From: an uncultured Eubacteriales bacterium
Lineage (GTDB): Bacteria > Bacillota > Clostridia > Oscillospirales > CAG-272
Assembly: GCA_900544985.1 (NCBI GenBank)
Contig: UQXK01000003.1
Span: forward strand, 3,670 to 67,669
Length of the DNA stretch: 64,000 bases
Direction: 5' to 3'
In this document: positions 25,919 to 35,462 of the stretch, in pieces
How the letters are laid out: every line of letters starts with the position of its first letter
Position numbering within the stretch: position 1 is the stretch's first letter
Notes under the pieces: model-generated
The model's input: only the letters and a program-made list of their open reading frames with translations
What the model was told of the DNA's origin: nothing
Database searches by the model: none
Made by a program: the position numbers and the translations under genes

Positions 25919-27598
25919 ATGGCTGATGTTTTAAGACTTAAAAAATCAAATTGCAAGAACTGCTATAAATGTATAAGACACTGTCCTGTAAAGGCGATAA
26001 GATTTTCGGGAAACCAGGCACATATCGTTTCCGATGACTGTATACTTTGCGGTCAGTGTTTTGTTGTATGTCCTCAGAATGCCAAGGAAATAGTTGACGC
26101 AAAAGAGTATGTAAAGGTTCTTCTGGCTGGGGATAAAAAGGTAATAGCTTCCGTTGCGCCTTCTTTTGCCGCTTATTTTGAAAAATCGGGTATTGATTCT
26201 CTTGAAGAAGCGCTCAAAAAGCTCGGATTTTTTGCCGCCGAGGAAACGGCGATAGGCGCGACGATTGTAAAACGCGAATACGAAAAGCTTATAAAAGAGA
26301 AAAAAGAAGAGGTTATAATATCCTCCTGCTGTCATTCCGTAAATCTTTTGATAGGAAAATATTATCCGGAACTACTTAAATATCTTGCTCCCGTGGCAAC
26401 ACCTATGGAGGCGCATTGCCTTGATATAAAGAAAAGATACCCGGATGCCGTTACGGTGTTTATAGGACCGTGCGTTGCGAAAAAAGACGAGATCTCTTAT
26501 GATAAAGCGGTCGACGCAGTGCTTACATTTGAAGAGCTTTCGGAAATGTTCGAAAAAGAAAATATTAAAGTTGCCGAATCGCGCGAGTCCAACGAAAAGA
26601 GCCGCGCAAGGCTGTTTCCGACAGTCGGCGGTATTCTTAAAACGATGGATCTTTCCGACGATTCGTATACATATCTGACTGTTGACGGAGTGGAGAACTG
26701 CAAGGCGGCGCTTTCCGATATTTCGGAAGGAAAAACGGGAAGATGCTTTGTTGAGATGTCCGCGTGTGCGGGAAGCTGTATCGGCGGTCCCATAATGGAG
26801 AAATACGGAAATTCTCCCGTAAGGCATTTTAAAGCGATAAGCGATTATGCGGGAAAAGAGGACTTTGATGTATCCCAACCCGATTCAAAAGAAGTTTATG
26901 TAAACCGCACATATATAGGTCACGGCAGGATAATGCCGAGTGAGAGCGAGATACGCGAAGTTCTTGGTAAAACCGGAAAATTTACTCCCGAAGACGAACT
27001 CAACTGCGGAACATGCGGCTACAATACGTGTCGCGAAAAGGCGATAGCCGTTTTGCAGGGCAAGGCTGATGTCAATATGTGCCTGCCGTTCCTTATGGAA
27101 AAATCAGAGAGATTTTCCAATAATATACTCAGCAATACTCCCAACGGAATAATCGTCGTAAACGAGGAACTCGAAGTACAGCAACTTAACAAATCGGCGT
27201 TGAAGATGGTAGGTCTTTCTTCCGCTTCCGACATTCTCGGCGACCATGTTATGAGAATTATGGATCCCATACCGTTTATCGACGTTCTCGAAAACGGAAA
27301 GAGGATCTTCAACAAACGCGAGTATTTTGCGGAATATGACAAATATTTCGAAATAACGATAGTTCATGATAAAAATTCCCGTATACTCATCGCGATAATG
27401 CGAGACATCACGGAGGAAGAAGCGGAAAAACGCGAAAAAGAGCAGCTTGCTCACCAGACTGCCGAAATTGCGGATAAGGTCGTAGACAAGCAGATGAGGA
27501 TCGTCCAGGAAATAGCCTCTCTTCTCGGAGAGACAGCCGCCGAGACGAAGATAGCTCTTACAAAGTTAAAGGAGTCGATGCCGCATGATGAAGAATAA
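25919..27598 (+). CDS. hydS: putative sensory [FeFe]-hydrogenase (HydS-type: 2x[4Fe-4S] plus H-cluster domain plus 4-Cys motif plus PAS)
   Basis: Ferredoxin motifs are CKNCYKCIRHCP and CILCGQCFVVCP. H-cluster-like motifs are SSCCHS, GPCVAKKDE and EMSACAGSCIGGP. The C-terminal motif CGTCGYNTCREKAIAVLQGKADVNMC is followed by a PAS-like segment (NNILSNTPNGIIVVNEELEVQQLN). Confidence 0.75.
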   Translation: MADVLRLKKSNCKNCYKCIRHCPVKAIRFSGNQAHIVSDDCILCGQCFVVCPQNAKEIVDAKEYVKVLLAGDKKVIASVAPSFAAYFEKSGIDSLEEALKKLGFFAAEETAIGATIVKREYEKLIKEKKEEVIISSCCHSVNLLIGKYYPELLKYLAPVATPMEAHCLDIKKRYPDAVTVFIGPCVAKKDEISYDKAVDAVLTFEELSEMFEKENIKVAESRESNEKSRARLFPTVGGILKTMDLSDDSYTYLTVDGVENCKAALSDISEGKTGRCFVEMSACAGSCIGGPIMEKYGNSPVRHFKAISDYAGKEDFDVSQPDSKEVYVNRTYIGHGRIMPSESEIREVLGKTGKFTPEDELNCGTCGYNTCREKAIAVLQGKADVNMCLPFLMEKSERFSNNILSNTPNGIIVVNEELEVQQLNKSALKMVGLSSASDILGDHVMRIMDPIPFIDVLENGKRIFNKREYFAEYDKYFEITIVHDKNSRILIAIMRDITEEEAEKREKEQLAHQTAEIADKVVDKQMRIVQEIASLLGETAAETKIALTKLKESMPHDEE

Positions 27599-28760
27599 TC
27601 TATGTGCCGATATAGGTTATACGAGCATAAATCATGTAGGAGAGCAGCTTTGCGGAGACCATGTCGACATTGTGGAACGCGATGAAGAATCCATAATCGT
27701 TCTTGCGGACGGTCTTGGCAGCGGCGTTAAGGCAAGCATACTTTCAACTCTTACCGCGAAAATAATTTCAACTATGCTTGCAGAAGGGCTGAAACTCGAA
27801 GACGCCGTGGAAACGATCGCCGCGACCCTTCCGATATGTTCTGTGAGAAAGGTTGCTTACTCCACTTTTACGGTCGTTCGTATAATCGGAAACCGCAGAG
27901 CGGAGATAATACAGTACGACAATCCCGCTCTTATAATGCTCCGTGACGGAGAAAATGTAGAGCTTCCGACAACAAAGCTTTCGATAGAGGGGAAAACGAT
28001 ATACCGTTCGGAGACAGTGCTCCGTGAAAACGATCTCTTTGTATTTTTCAGCGACGGCGTAGAGCACGCCGGTATGGGAAATTCATATAATTTCGGCTGG
28101 AAGCGCGAAAACATAATCGAATTTATGAAAACGTTTTACGGCGTGGGATTTGCCGCGAAAACGCTTTCGACGATACTTGTCGACGAATGCAACCGTCTTT
28201 ATGACAATGCTCCTGCGGACGACGCTACGGTCTGTGTTATAAGGATACGTCCCAGGGTTCAGATGAACCTTCTTATCGGTCCGCCCTCCGATCCGTCGGA
28301 CTGCAACAGAATGATGTCTCTTTTCTTCGGAAAAGAGGGAAAACATATAATCTGCGGCGGCACGACTTCGTCTATCGCGTCGGCTTATTTAAAAAAGCCG
28401 CTTAAAACAAGCATACTTTATACCGACCCGGAGATTCCGCCCACGGCGGAGCTTGAAGGCGTTGATCTCGTTACGGAAGGCGTAATAACGATGAGCAGGG
28501 TGCTCGAATACGCAAAGGGGTATCTTGACGATAACCACTCATACGAAACATGGAGCACAAAGCAGGACGGCGCATCCAAGATAGCAAGACTTCTCTTCGA
28601 AGAGGCGACGGATATAAACTTTTTTGTCGGACGCGCTATAAATCCCGCTCATCAGAATCCTTCGCTACCGATCAATTTCAATATAAAAATGGGTCTTGTG
28701 GATTCTCTGTCGGAGTGCCTTAAAAAAATGGGCAAGAAGCTTAAAGTTTTATATTTTTAG
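27585..28760 (+). CDS. PP2C/SpoIIE-family serine phosphatase
   Basis: 391 aa. Contains LCGDHVDIVERDEESIIVLADGLGSGVKASILS and VFFSDGVEHAG. It overlaps the hydS 3' end by 14 nt. Confidence 0.8.
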   Translation: MMKNNLCADIGYTSINHVGEQLCGDHVDIVERDEESIIVLADGLGSGVKASILSTLTAKIISTMLAEGLKLEDAVETIAATLPICSVRKVAYSTFTVVRIIGNRRAEIIQYDNPALIMLRDGENVELPTTKLSIEGKTIYRSETVLRENDLFVFFSDGVEHAGMGNSYNFGWKRENIIEFMKTFYGVGFAAKTLSTILVDECNRLYDNAPADDATVCVIRIRPRVQMNLLIGPPSDPSDCNRMMSLFFGKEGKHIICGGTTSSIASAYLKKPLKTSILYTDPEIPPTAELEGVDLVTEGVITMSRVLEYAKGYLDDNHSYETWSTKQDGASKIARLLFEEATDINFFVGRAINPAHQNPSLPINFNIKMGLVDSLSECLKKMGKKLKVLYF

Positions 28761-28771
28761 GAGATTTTCCA

Positions 28772-30214
28772 GTGAGAAAATTTGATACAAAGGTACAACA
28801 CCTTAAATACAAAGTTCTGCGCGAGGTTGCGCGCCACGCATGGAAGGGCGATCTTATAGACCATATTGTAGATATACCGAAGGAGATAATTCCCGGCAAA
28901 ACTTCTACTATGCGCTGCTGTATACACAAAGAGCGCGCAATTCTTTCCGAGCGTGTCAAGCTCGCAATGGGCGGAAACAAGAATAATCCCAATGTTATAG
29001 AGGTTATAGATATCGCCTGCGACGATTGCCCGACGAGCGGATATGACGTAACGGAATTTTGCCGCGGCTGTCTTGCGCACAGATGCGAGGACGTTTGTCC
29101 GCGCGATGCTATCGAATTTGATGAGCACCAGAAGGCGCACATAAACAAATCCAAATGTATAAATTGCGGAAAATGCGCACAGGCCTGCCCTTATTCCGCT
29201 ATTATAAACAGAAAGAGACCGTGCGAAAATGCCTGCAAGGTCAAAGCGATAAGCCCTGCGGAGGACGGAAGCGCAAGTATCGACAATAACAAATGCATTT
29301 CCTGCGGCGCGTGCGTTTATCAGTGTCCGTTCGGCGCTATATCCGATAAATCGTTTATGCTCAATGTCATAGACATGATAAAAAAGAGCGACAACAATAA
29401 GAAGTACAAGATCTATGCCGTCGTCGCTCCCAGCATATCCGGTCAGTTCTCCTACGCCGGAGCCACTCTCGGTCAGGTGGTAAACGGAATAAAGAGACTC
29501 GGGTTTTACAGCGTTATCGAAGCAGCGCTCGGCGCTGACATGGTGGCGTACAAGGAAGCGGGAGAACTCGCGGAAAAGGGATTTCTCACAAGCTCCTGCT
29601 GTCCCGCTTTCGTATCTTACATACAAAAACAGTTCCCGTCGCTGAGCGACAACATATCCCACAATCTTTCGCCTATGGCGGAGATCGCAAGCTTCATAAA
29701 GAACAACGATCCCGATTGCAAGATCGTGTTTATAGGTCCGTGTACCGCGAAAAAGATGGAATTTCAGCTTGACAGCGTCCACTCTTACATAGACAGCGTT
29801 ATCACATTCGAAGAGCTGCAAGCGCTTTTCGACAGCCGCGATTTCGATATAACGACTTTTGATGAGACGCCGCTTGACAATGCGTCTTACTACGGAAGAA
29901 TATTTGCACGTTGCGGCGGTCTTTCCGACGCCGTTGCGGAGGCTTTAAAGGAACGCGGAGTAGACGATTTTGTTCTCAACGGAATTGCGTGCGACGGAAT
30001 AGAAGCGTGCAGAATGGAACTTTTGAAAGCGTCAAAAGGCAAATCCTCATATAACTTTATAGAGGGAATGGCGTGCGTCGGCGGATGTATCGGCGGCGCG
30101 GGATGCCTTACCCACGGAGAAAAGAACAAATCGGAAGTAGACAAATACGGCAAAGAGGCTGCGGAAAAAACGATAAGCGATGCTATCGGTTTTGTAAGCG
30201 CTCTTAAAAAATGA
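28772..30214 (+). CDS. hydA: [FeFe]-hydrogenase, monomeric ferredoxin-dependent type
   Basis: 480 aa. It has several 4Fe-4S motifs (CINCGKCAQACP, CISCGACVYQCP) and canonical H-cluster motifs TSSCCPAF, GPCTAKKME and EGMACVGGCIGGAG. Confidence 0.85.
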   Translation: MRKFDTKVQHLKYKVLREVARHAWKGDLIDHIVDIPKEIIPGKTSTMRCCIHKERAILSERVKLAMGGNKNNPNVIEVIDIACDDCPTSGYDVTEFCRGCLAHRCEDVCPRDAIEFDEHQKAHINKSKCINCGKCAQACPYSAIINRKRPCENACKVKAISPAEDGSASIDNNKCISCGACVYQCPFGAISDKSFMLNVIDMIKKSDNNKKYKIYAVVAPSISGQFSYAGATLGQVVNGIKRLGFYSVIEAALGADMVAYKEAGELAEKGFLTSSCCPAFVSYIQKQFPSLSDNISHNLSPMAEIASFIKNNDPDCKIVFIGPCTAKKMEFQLDSVHSYIDSVITFEELQALFDSRDFDITTFDETPLDNASYYGRIFARCGGLSDAVAEALKERGVDDFVLNGIACDGIEACRMELLKASKGKSSYNFIEGMACVGGCIGGAGCLTHGEKNKSEVDKYGKEAAEKTISDAIGFVSALKK

Positions 30215-30357
30215 TATTATTTGCTTTAAATGCGGATAATAACGAAGATGACGGCGCATGAATTCTCATGCGCCGTTCGATATTTTTAAAAAGCGGCGCT
30301 TGACAAAATCGTACGCCGGAGATATTATATATGAAAATAATCATGCGGGAGAAATAA

Positions 30358-31662
30358 ATGTACAGGATAGTTTCAAATCTGATTATATACGGAGATATGC
30401 CCAAAGACAGCATACTTATAAGGCTTTCGGAGATTTTTAAAGATCTTGAAAAGAGTGATTTTGATAAAGAGGAGCTTATTTCGAGAGTTTATACAGAGAT
30501 AAAGAGGCTTCTTGTGCTTTCGACGGATAACGGTTTTACGGGGAATCTGTGGCACTGTTATATAACATATCTCATAGTCATGAGCGAAAATCCGTTCAGC
30601 CTTGTCTGCGAAAAGATAGGAAGCAGAAACGGAAGCGTAAATCATTTCGCGAAAAATGATTTTGCCTTGTTCCGCGAGCTTTTCGGGTTTGATTTTTCGG
30701 ATATCGAAAAGAAGCTCGGTATAGATTGTTTCTCCTGCATAACGGATTATTCGGCGATAGAAAAACCGGAGCTTATGTACAACAAAAATGTGAGCGAAAA
30801 GATAAGAGCGCTCAGTACTTCTCTTGAAAATACAGCGGATGTCGACGGCTTTTTCAAAGCCGTTACGGATTTTTACCGCGATTTCGGCGTAGGAACATTC
30901 GGACTCAACAAAGCTTTCAGGCTTGAAACTCAAAACGAAAATGATATTTGCCTTATTCCGATAAACAATATGGATAAGGTTATGCTTTCCGATATCGTCG
31001 GATATGAGATACAGAAGAAAAAACTTGTCGATAATACGCGCGCATTCGTTTCGGGAAAGAAAGCAAATAACGTTTTGCTTTACGGCGACAGCGGCACAGG
31101 TAAATCCACGAGCATAAAAGCTATCGTAAACGAGTTCTATGAAGACGGATTGCGCATGATAGAGATATACAAACACCAGTTCAAATATCTTTCGAAAGTC
31201 ATAGCGAAGATAAAAAATCGCAATTATAAATTTATAATATATATGGACGACCTTTCATTCGAGGATTTTGAAACGGATTATAAATTTTTGAAGGCGGTTA
31301 TAGAAGGCGGAGTTGAAACAAGACCCGATAATGTGCTTATATATGCGACATCGAACAGACGCCATCTTATAAAAGAGACGCAGGGCGACATGGACGATAT
31401 GGAACGCGTGAACGATATGCACCATTCCGACACCGTGGAAGAGAAGCTTTCTCTTGCTTACCGTTTCGGTGTTACGATAAATTATTCAAGACCGACAAGG
31501 GAAGAGTTTTCCAATATAGTTTCGGAGCATGCGGATAAAAACGGTATTAAAACGCCGAAAGATGAACTTTTGAAAGAAGCTTTCAAATGGCAGTCGGCTC
31601 ACGGCGGAATTTCCGGAAGAACGGCGGAGCAATTTATAAAATATATGCTGGGTAAAAGTTGA
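30358..31662 (+). CDS. AAA-type ATPase, DUF815-like
   Basis: 434 aa. Walker A is LLYGDSGTGKSTSIKA and Walker B is FIIYMDDLSFE. Confidence 0.7.
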   Translation: MYRIVSNLIIYGDMPKDSILIRLSEIFKDLEKSDFDKEELISRVYTEIKRLLVLSTDNGFTGNLWHCYITYLIVMSENPFSLVCEKIGSRNGSVNHFAKNDFALFRELFGFDFSDIEKKLGIDCFSCITDYSAIEKPELMYNKNVSEKIRALSTSLENTADVDGFFKAVTDFYRDFGVGTFGLNKAFRLETQNENDICLIPINNMDKVMLSDIVGYEIQKKKLVDNTRAFVSGKKANNVLLYGDSGTGKSTSIKAIVNEFYEDGLRMIEIYKHQFKYLSKVIAKIKNRNYKFIIYMDDLSFEDFETDYKFLKAVIEGGVETRPDNVLIYATSNRRHLIKETQGDMDDMERVNDMHHSDTVEEKLSLAYRFGVTINYSRPTREEFSNIVSEHADKNGIKTPKDELLKEAFKWQSAHGGISGRTAEQFIKYMLGKS

Positions 31663-31720
31663 AAAAATAAAGGAAAAGCGCTGTCTTTTGTAAGACGGCG
31701 CTTTTTATATTATGCATAAT

Positions 31721-31749
31721 TTGACAAAAACGTAAAAATGTGGTATAAT
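31721..31749 (+). promoter_or_regulatory. consensus sigma-70 promoter
   Basis: TTGACA, 17 nt (ending in tgtgg), TATAAT, about 320 nt upstream of the next start codon. Confidence 0.55.
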
Positions 31750-32000
31750 ATACATAGAAAGTTTGCTACGCAAACTTTGGTGAAACCATAGTTTTGCCGA
31801 CGCGCTATTGCGCGTCCTATGTAATTGACGGCTTCGCACAAATGCCCTTGCAAGCAAGCATTTTTGCTTCATGGTAGAATATACGCAGAAAATTTGCTAC
31901 ACAAACTTTGTAAAAACCATAATTTCGCCGACGCGCTATGCGCGTCCTTGCAAGCAAATGCGATTATTTCATGAAAAAATATACGCAGAAGACTTGCATA
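31748..32000 (+). repeat. tandemly duplicated -10-box/leader module (131 nt, 100 nt, and a partial third copy)
   Basis: Units start at about 31748, 31879 and 31979 with (t)aatatac(a/g)(t/c)agaa. Units 1 and 2 share agtttgc-tac(g/a)-caaact and gacgcgc-tat(t)-gcgcgtc hairpins and ttgcaagcaa. Unit 1 has a ~30-nt insertion. Confidence 0.7.
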
Positions 32001-32066
32001 TAGACATTGAGCAGACCCAAAACAAAATTAAATTCTTTATCAATTAAATTTTTGGAGGGCGACAAC

Positions 32067-32678
32067 ATGAAGAAAAATAAGAATGTGGCAGATCAATATT
32101 TTAAGCAAAACGGTTTTTCTATCGCGGAAGTTGTATTGATAATTTTGATTGTTGTTTCGGCAATCGCTGCAACATTTATCAGAGGTGGATTACCGATCGG
32201 TTTACCGATATTGATAATCAGCATTAGTGGATTTATTCTTGTTAGAAGTTCAAAAGTCAAAGACGAAGAGATAGACGCATTACTTGCAAAACTGTTGACG
32301 GAAAACAATATCCATTGTACGGATAACACTTTTGTCGGCTACGAATTGAAAAACACCGCTGTGAAGAAAAGAAAAGACGGAAAAATCATTTCTCCCAAGT
32401 ATTATGTAACTTCCGTAGAATTTTCGCTTTCCGAAGAAATCGTTTTTTATGTCAATGCCGTTGATTTGATTAACCTTGATGTGACGAAGGACTTTTATAC
32501 GGTAAAAAGCAAAGACGGGGTTTCTTTGAGTGAAGAAAGCGTTCACACTCCTGTTGGAATTAAAAAAGCGACATATTTGAATATCGATGGCTGTGAATAT
32601 CCGATTCCGGTTGATTTGAGAGATTATAATTCCTCACAATTGATTGAGAAAATTTGCAGCGTATATGAAAAAAATTAA
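32067..32678 (+). CDS. membrane protein (two N-terminal TM helices), unknown function
   Basis: ATG follows ggaggg. It begins MKKNKNVADQYFKQNGFSIAEVVLIILIVVSAIAATFIRGGLPIGLPILIISISGFILV. The ORF-track start at 32007 is less likely. Confidence 0.6.
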   Translation: MKKNKNVADQYFKQNGFSIAEVVLIILIVVSAIAATFIRGGLPIGLPILIISISGFILVRSSKVKDEEIDALLAKLLTENNIHCTDNTFVGYELKNTAVKKRKDGKIISPKYYVTSVEFSLSEEIVFYVNAVDLINLDVTKDFYTVKSKDGVSLSEESVHTPVGIKKATYLNIDGCEYPIPVDLRDYNSSQLIEKICSVYEKN

Positions 32679-32741
32679 AAAAGGAGGTAATATATAACGA
32701 ATAATATCGAAATAGTAAGCATTCCCGCAATCGCGGTCATA

Positions 32742-32969
32742 GTGTGCTCATTTATGCAGCTGCTCAAAAATTTGATAGACAATGAAAAGTTCAATAAATT
32801 CATTCCGCTTTTCTCTGTTGTATGCGGTTCGGTTCTCGGAGTTATTGCATTTTACTTTTATCCCGGATTTCTTCCGGCGGATAATGTTGTTGTAGCTCTT
32901 ATGATAGGCGCGGCGTCCGGATGGGCGGCGACCGGGGCTAATCAAACGTTAAAGCAGCTTACAAAATAA
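32742..32969 (+). CDS. small two-TM membrane protein, phage-holin-like
   Basis: 75 aa. Contains ...FIPLFSVVCGSVLGVIAFYF...VVALMIGAASGWAATGANQTLKQLTK. The resemblance to small Firmicutes holins is by eye only. Confidence 0.35.
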   Translation: MCSFMQLLKNLIDNEKFNKFIPLFSVVCGSVLGVIAFYFYPGFLPADNVVVALMIGAASGWAATGANQTLKQLTK

Positions 32970-33163
32970 TATAAATTAAAATTTTACTTATTACCGCCGC
33001 CATTTTTGACGGCGGTATATCTTTATAAAAAACGGATTTTTATATTGAAGCGAATATAAAAGAATTTTAACTTGGCTTTTTAATCGGCGTATATGTACAA
33101 TACGCGATAAATATTTTTGTCAGATACAATAATTGCGTTCGCTTTTTTGTGCAAGCCGCGAAA

Positions 33164-33712
33164 TTACTTTATTCTTCTATACTTCATGTTCAAATCCTCT
33201 AAAAATCCCATGCTGATTAAATCTCGTTTTATTGCGATGTAATCGTCATGTATTTTTAAAAGTGCCGCAACAACTTCCAACTCAGAATATATTTTATTCA
33301 ATTCGAAATTTGAGGCAATATAAGCCATAACAATCTCACGTTTTTTTTGTTGAGCGGGTATTTGCTTTAATTTTCCATATTCAAAAAAGCTTTCAATAAC
33401 CTTTTCCTCATATGTTCTGCTATCATCTACTGTGGTAGCTGACTTTATAAGAGCCTCAATAGACATGTTCATGATATCATAGTTAAGTGAGTATATGATA
33501 TAATGCTGTATTTTTGTTGACTTAACGATTCCTGCTTTCTTTAATTTATTCATATGATAAGTGACCGTTGGAGTTGATAAATTCAATTTATAAGCGAGAT
33601 ATTCCGAATAACTGTCTTTTTTCAGCAAAATTCCGATAATTTTTAATCTGGATTCATCCGCCAGCACTTTGAGAATTTCCAAAGCATCATTATTTTTATA
33701 CGATTCCGGCAT
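33164..33712 (-). CDS. ArsR-family HTH regulator with C-terminal DUF2087-like domain
   Basis: Contains LKVLADESRLKIIGILLKKDSYSEYLAYKLNLSTPTVTYHMNKLKKAGIV. The likely start is MPESYKN (33712); the ORF track extends to 33754. Confidence 0.7.
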   Translation of the reverse strand: MPESYKNNDALEILKVLADESRLKIIGILLKKDSYSEYLAYKLNLSTPTVTYHMNKLKKAGIVKSTKIQHYIIYSLNYDIMNMSIEALIKSATTVDDSRTYEEKVIESFFEYGKLKQIPAQQKKREIVMAYIASNFELNKIYSELEVVAALLKIHDDYIAIKRDLISMGFLEDLNMKYRRIK

Positions 33713-33720
33713 AACTGTTT

Positions 33721-34212
33721 TTAACCTTTCAAAGATTCCCAAAGGTTCTCCCATTTACCAAGCAATTCGGTAATAGTATCCAGAACCATTCTGATTTCAA
33801 ATATCGCCTCGATATCCCCCGCTGATTCGGCTTTTTCCAGCTCGATTTTATTTTTATCCAGAAAAGCGCTTCGCAACATCATTACCGCATGAGAATATAC
33901 CAGAAAAATTTTTTTGCTTTCAGCATCCATGCATTCTTCATACCATGCTTTGCAATCAGAAAAATAATTGATGCCGACCTTTCCAAAAACCCGATTTTCC
34001 CTAATGCCATAATACATTTCATCATAGGGAACATCTGAAAACTTCATTCCGACAATTTTTATTGCTTGATCTATTATGCTGCTTGAAATTTTATATGCTT
34101 TTAATGCATTTTTTTGCTTGACATCCAATTTAGACATTTTTTGTATAATGTCCTGCTTCATTTCATCAGCAATATCAATCATTTTCTTTTCCATATCTTG
34201 ACTTGTCATCAT
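33721..34212 (-). CDS. hypothetical protein (helical, no TM)
   Basis: 163 aa with RBS aaaggagaag upstream. It is co-directional with and abuts the ArsR-like gene. Confidence 0.5.
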   Translation of the reverse strand: MMTSQDMEKKMIDIADEMKQDIIQKMSKLDVKQKNALKAYKISSSIIDQAIKIVGMKFSDVPYDEMYYGIRENRVFGKVGINYFSDCKAWYEECMDAESKKIFLVYSHAVMMLRSAFLDKNKIELEKAESAGDIEAIFEIRMVLDTITELLGKWENLWESLKG

Positions 34213-34237
34213 TGCTTCTCCTTTAAAAATTTGATAT

Positions 34238-34263
34238 TTAAATTAGATGTTCATCTAATTTAA
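34238..34263. promoter_or_regulatory. 12-bp perfect inverted repeat, candidate operator of the ArsR-like operon
   Basis: ttaaattagatg-tt-catctaatttaa, about 25 nt upstream of the start codon of 33721..34212. Confidence 0.45.
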
Positions 34264-34510
34264 TTAAATTATACTTCAATAATTATAAAATGTCAATAGT
34301 TTTTTGATTTTACAAATATTGAAAAATGATATGGTCATAGCAAATATGCGCCGATGTCATAATTTATTTAATACAAAAATCATTTCTGATGTAAGAGGGA
34401 ACATTATTTTCCAAAATATTTGTTGTCAAATATAAAAATCACTTGACAATGAAGTGTGTTGTGTGGTAGAATAAATAAGCGCTCAAAAACCAAATAATAT
34501 TTTTTAATTC

Positions 34511-34604
34511 GGAGAAGTACTCAAGAGGCCGAAGAGGCGCCCCTGCTAAGGGTGTAGGTCGGGTTATTTCCGGCGCGAGAGTTCAAATCTCTCCTTCTCC
34601 GCCA
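34511..34604 (+). tRNA. tRNA-Ser (anticodon GCU), class II
   Basis: ggagaagtactcaagaggccgaagaggcgcccCTGCTAAgggtg...gagagttcaaatctctccttctccgcca. Confidence 0.85.
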
Positions 34605-34609
34605 GATCT

Positions 34610-34646
34610 GCGGTCGGCAATTCGTGATGATTTGCCGACCGCTTTT
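34610..34646 (+). terminator. intrinsic terminator after tRNA-Ser(GCU)
   Basis: gcggtcggcaa-ttcgtgatgat-ttgccgaccgc followed by tttt. Confidence 0.7.
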
Positions 34647-34709
34647 CGATAATCGTCTTCTTTGACAATTGCAGTAAATTGCAGGCAACATACATTTAGG
34701 GGAAGTATA

Positions 34710-35153
34710 ATGAATGAATTTCTTGAATGGCTAAAAGAGAACAAAATCAGCATGAACGGTAAATATAAAGGAAAACGCTGGGGTTCTATCAGCAAATCGG
34801 AAGACGGGGACTGGCATATTCGTATATGCGTTCAATATGATGAATATTTGGAACCCGTTTTATCGAATGAATCTGTTGCAATGCAAGAACTTGTCAAAAG
34901 GCGTACAGGTCATGATGGATGTGGCAGGTGTATAGACGGTAAATGTGCTTTTACCGGTTTTGATTTAGTAAATCCGAATAAAGAGCAAATTGAGTTAGCG
35001 AAAAGACTAATAAAATTTAGAATTTATGCTATTAAAGACGGCAGAATCCCGAAATGCAGTTATATAAAAATATCGAAACGTGGGGAAGCAATCGAACCAT
35101 GTGCGGTGTGCAAGGTATGTGATCCTAAATGCAAAGCTATGAAAAGATATTGA
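34710..35153 (+). CDS. cysteine-rich hypothetical protein
   Basis: ATG follows ggggaagtataATG. Contains ...HDGCGRCIDGKCAF...EPCAVCKVCDPKCKAMKRY. No family recognised. Confidence 0.45.
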   Translation: MNEFLEWLKENKISMNGKYKGKRWGSISKSEDGDWHIRICVQYDEYLEPVLSNESVAMQELVKRRTGHDGCGRCIDGKCAFTGFDLVNPNKEQIELAKRLIKFRIYAIKDGRIPKCSYIKISKRGEAIEPCAVCKVCDPKCKAMKRY

Positions 35154-35462
35154 TATTGGAATGAATACAATAAGCATACTGAAAATTGCGAGAGTCGAGT
35201 CTACTACAAAAAACGGCAGGTTGGAAACATCACGGGTCAATAGATTATGAAAGAGGCTTTTAGTTCGCAATATAATTCTGTGAAGCTATCAGTACAAGAC
35301 AACAACATCAGAGGATATTCTTTCCGGTGTAATCTTGGATTTAAGGTAACCCAAAAATGCGATTGTGATAATTTTTGTAATTTGTCAATGGATTTAAAAA
35401 AAGACACTTGAAACACTAAATGTGCGCGCATTGTGGCAAAATGTATCGAAAGAGGTAAAAAT

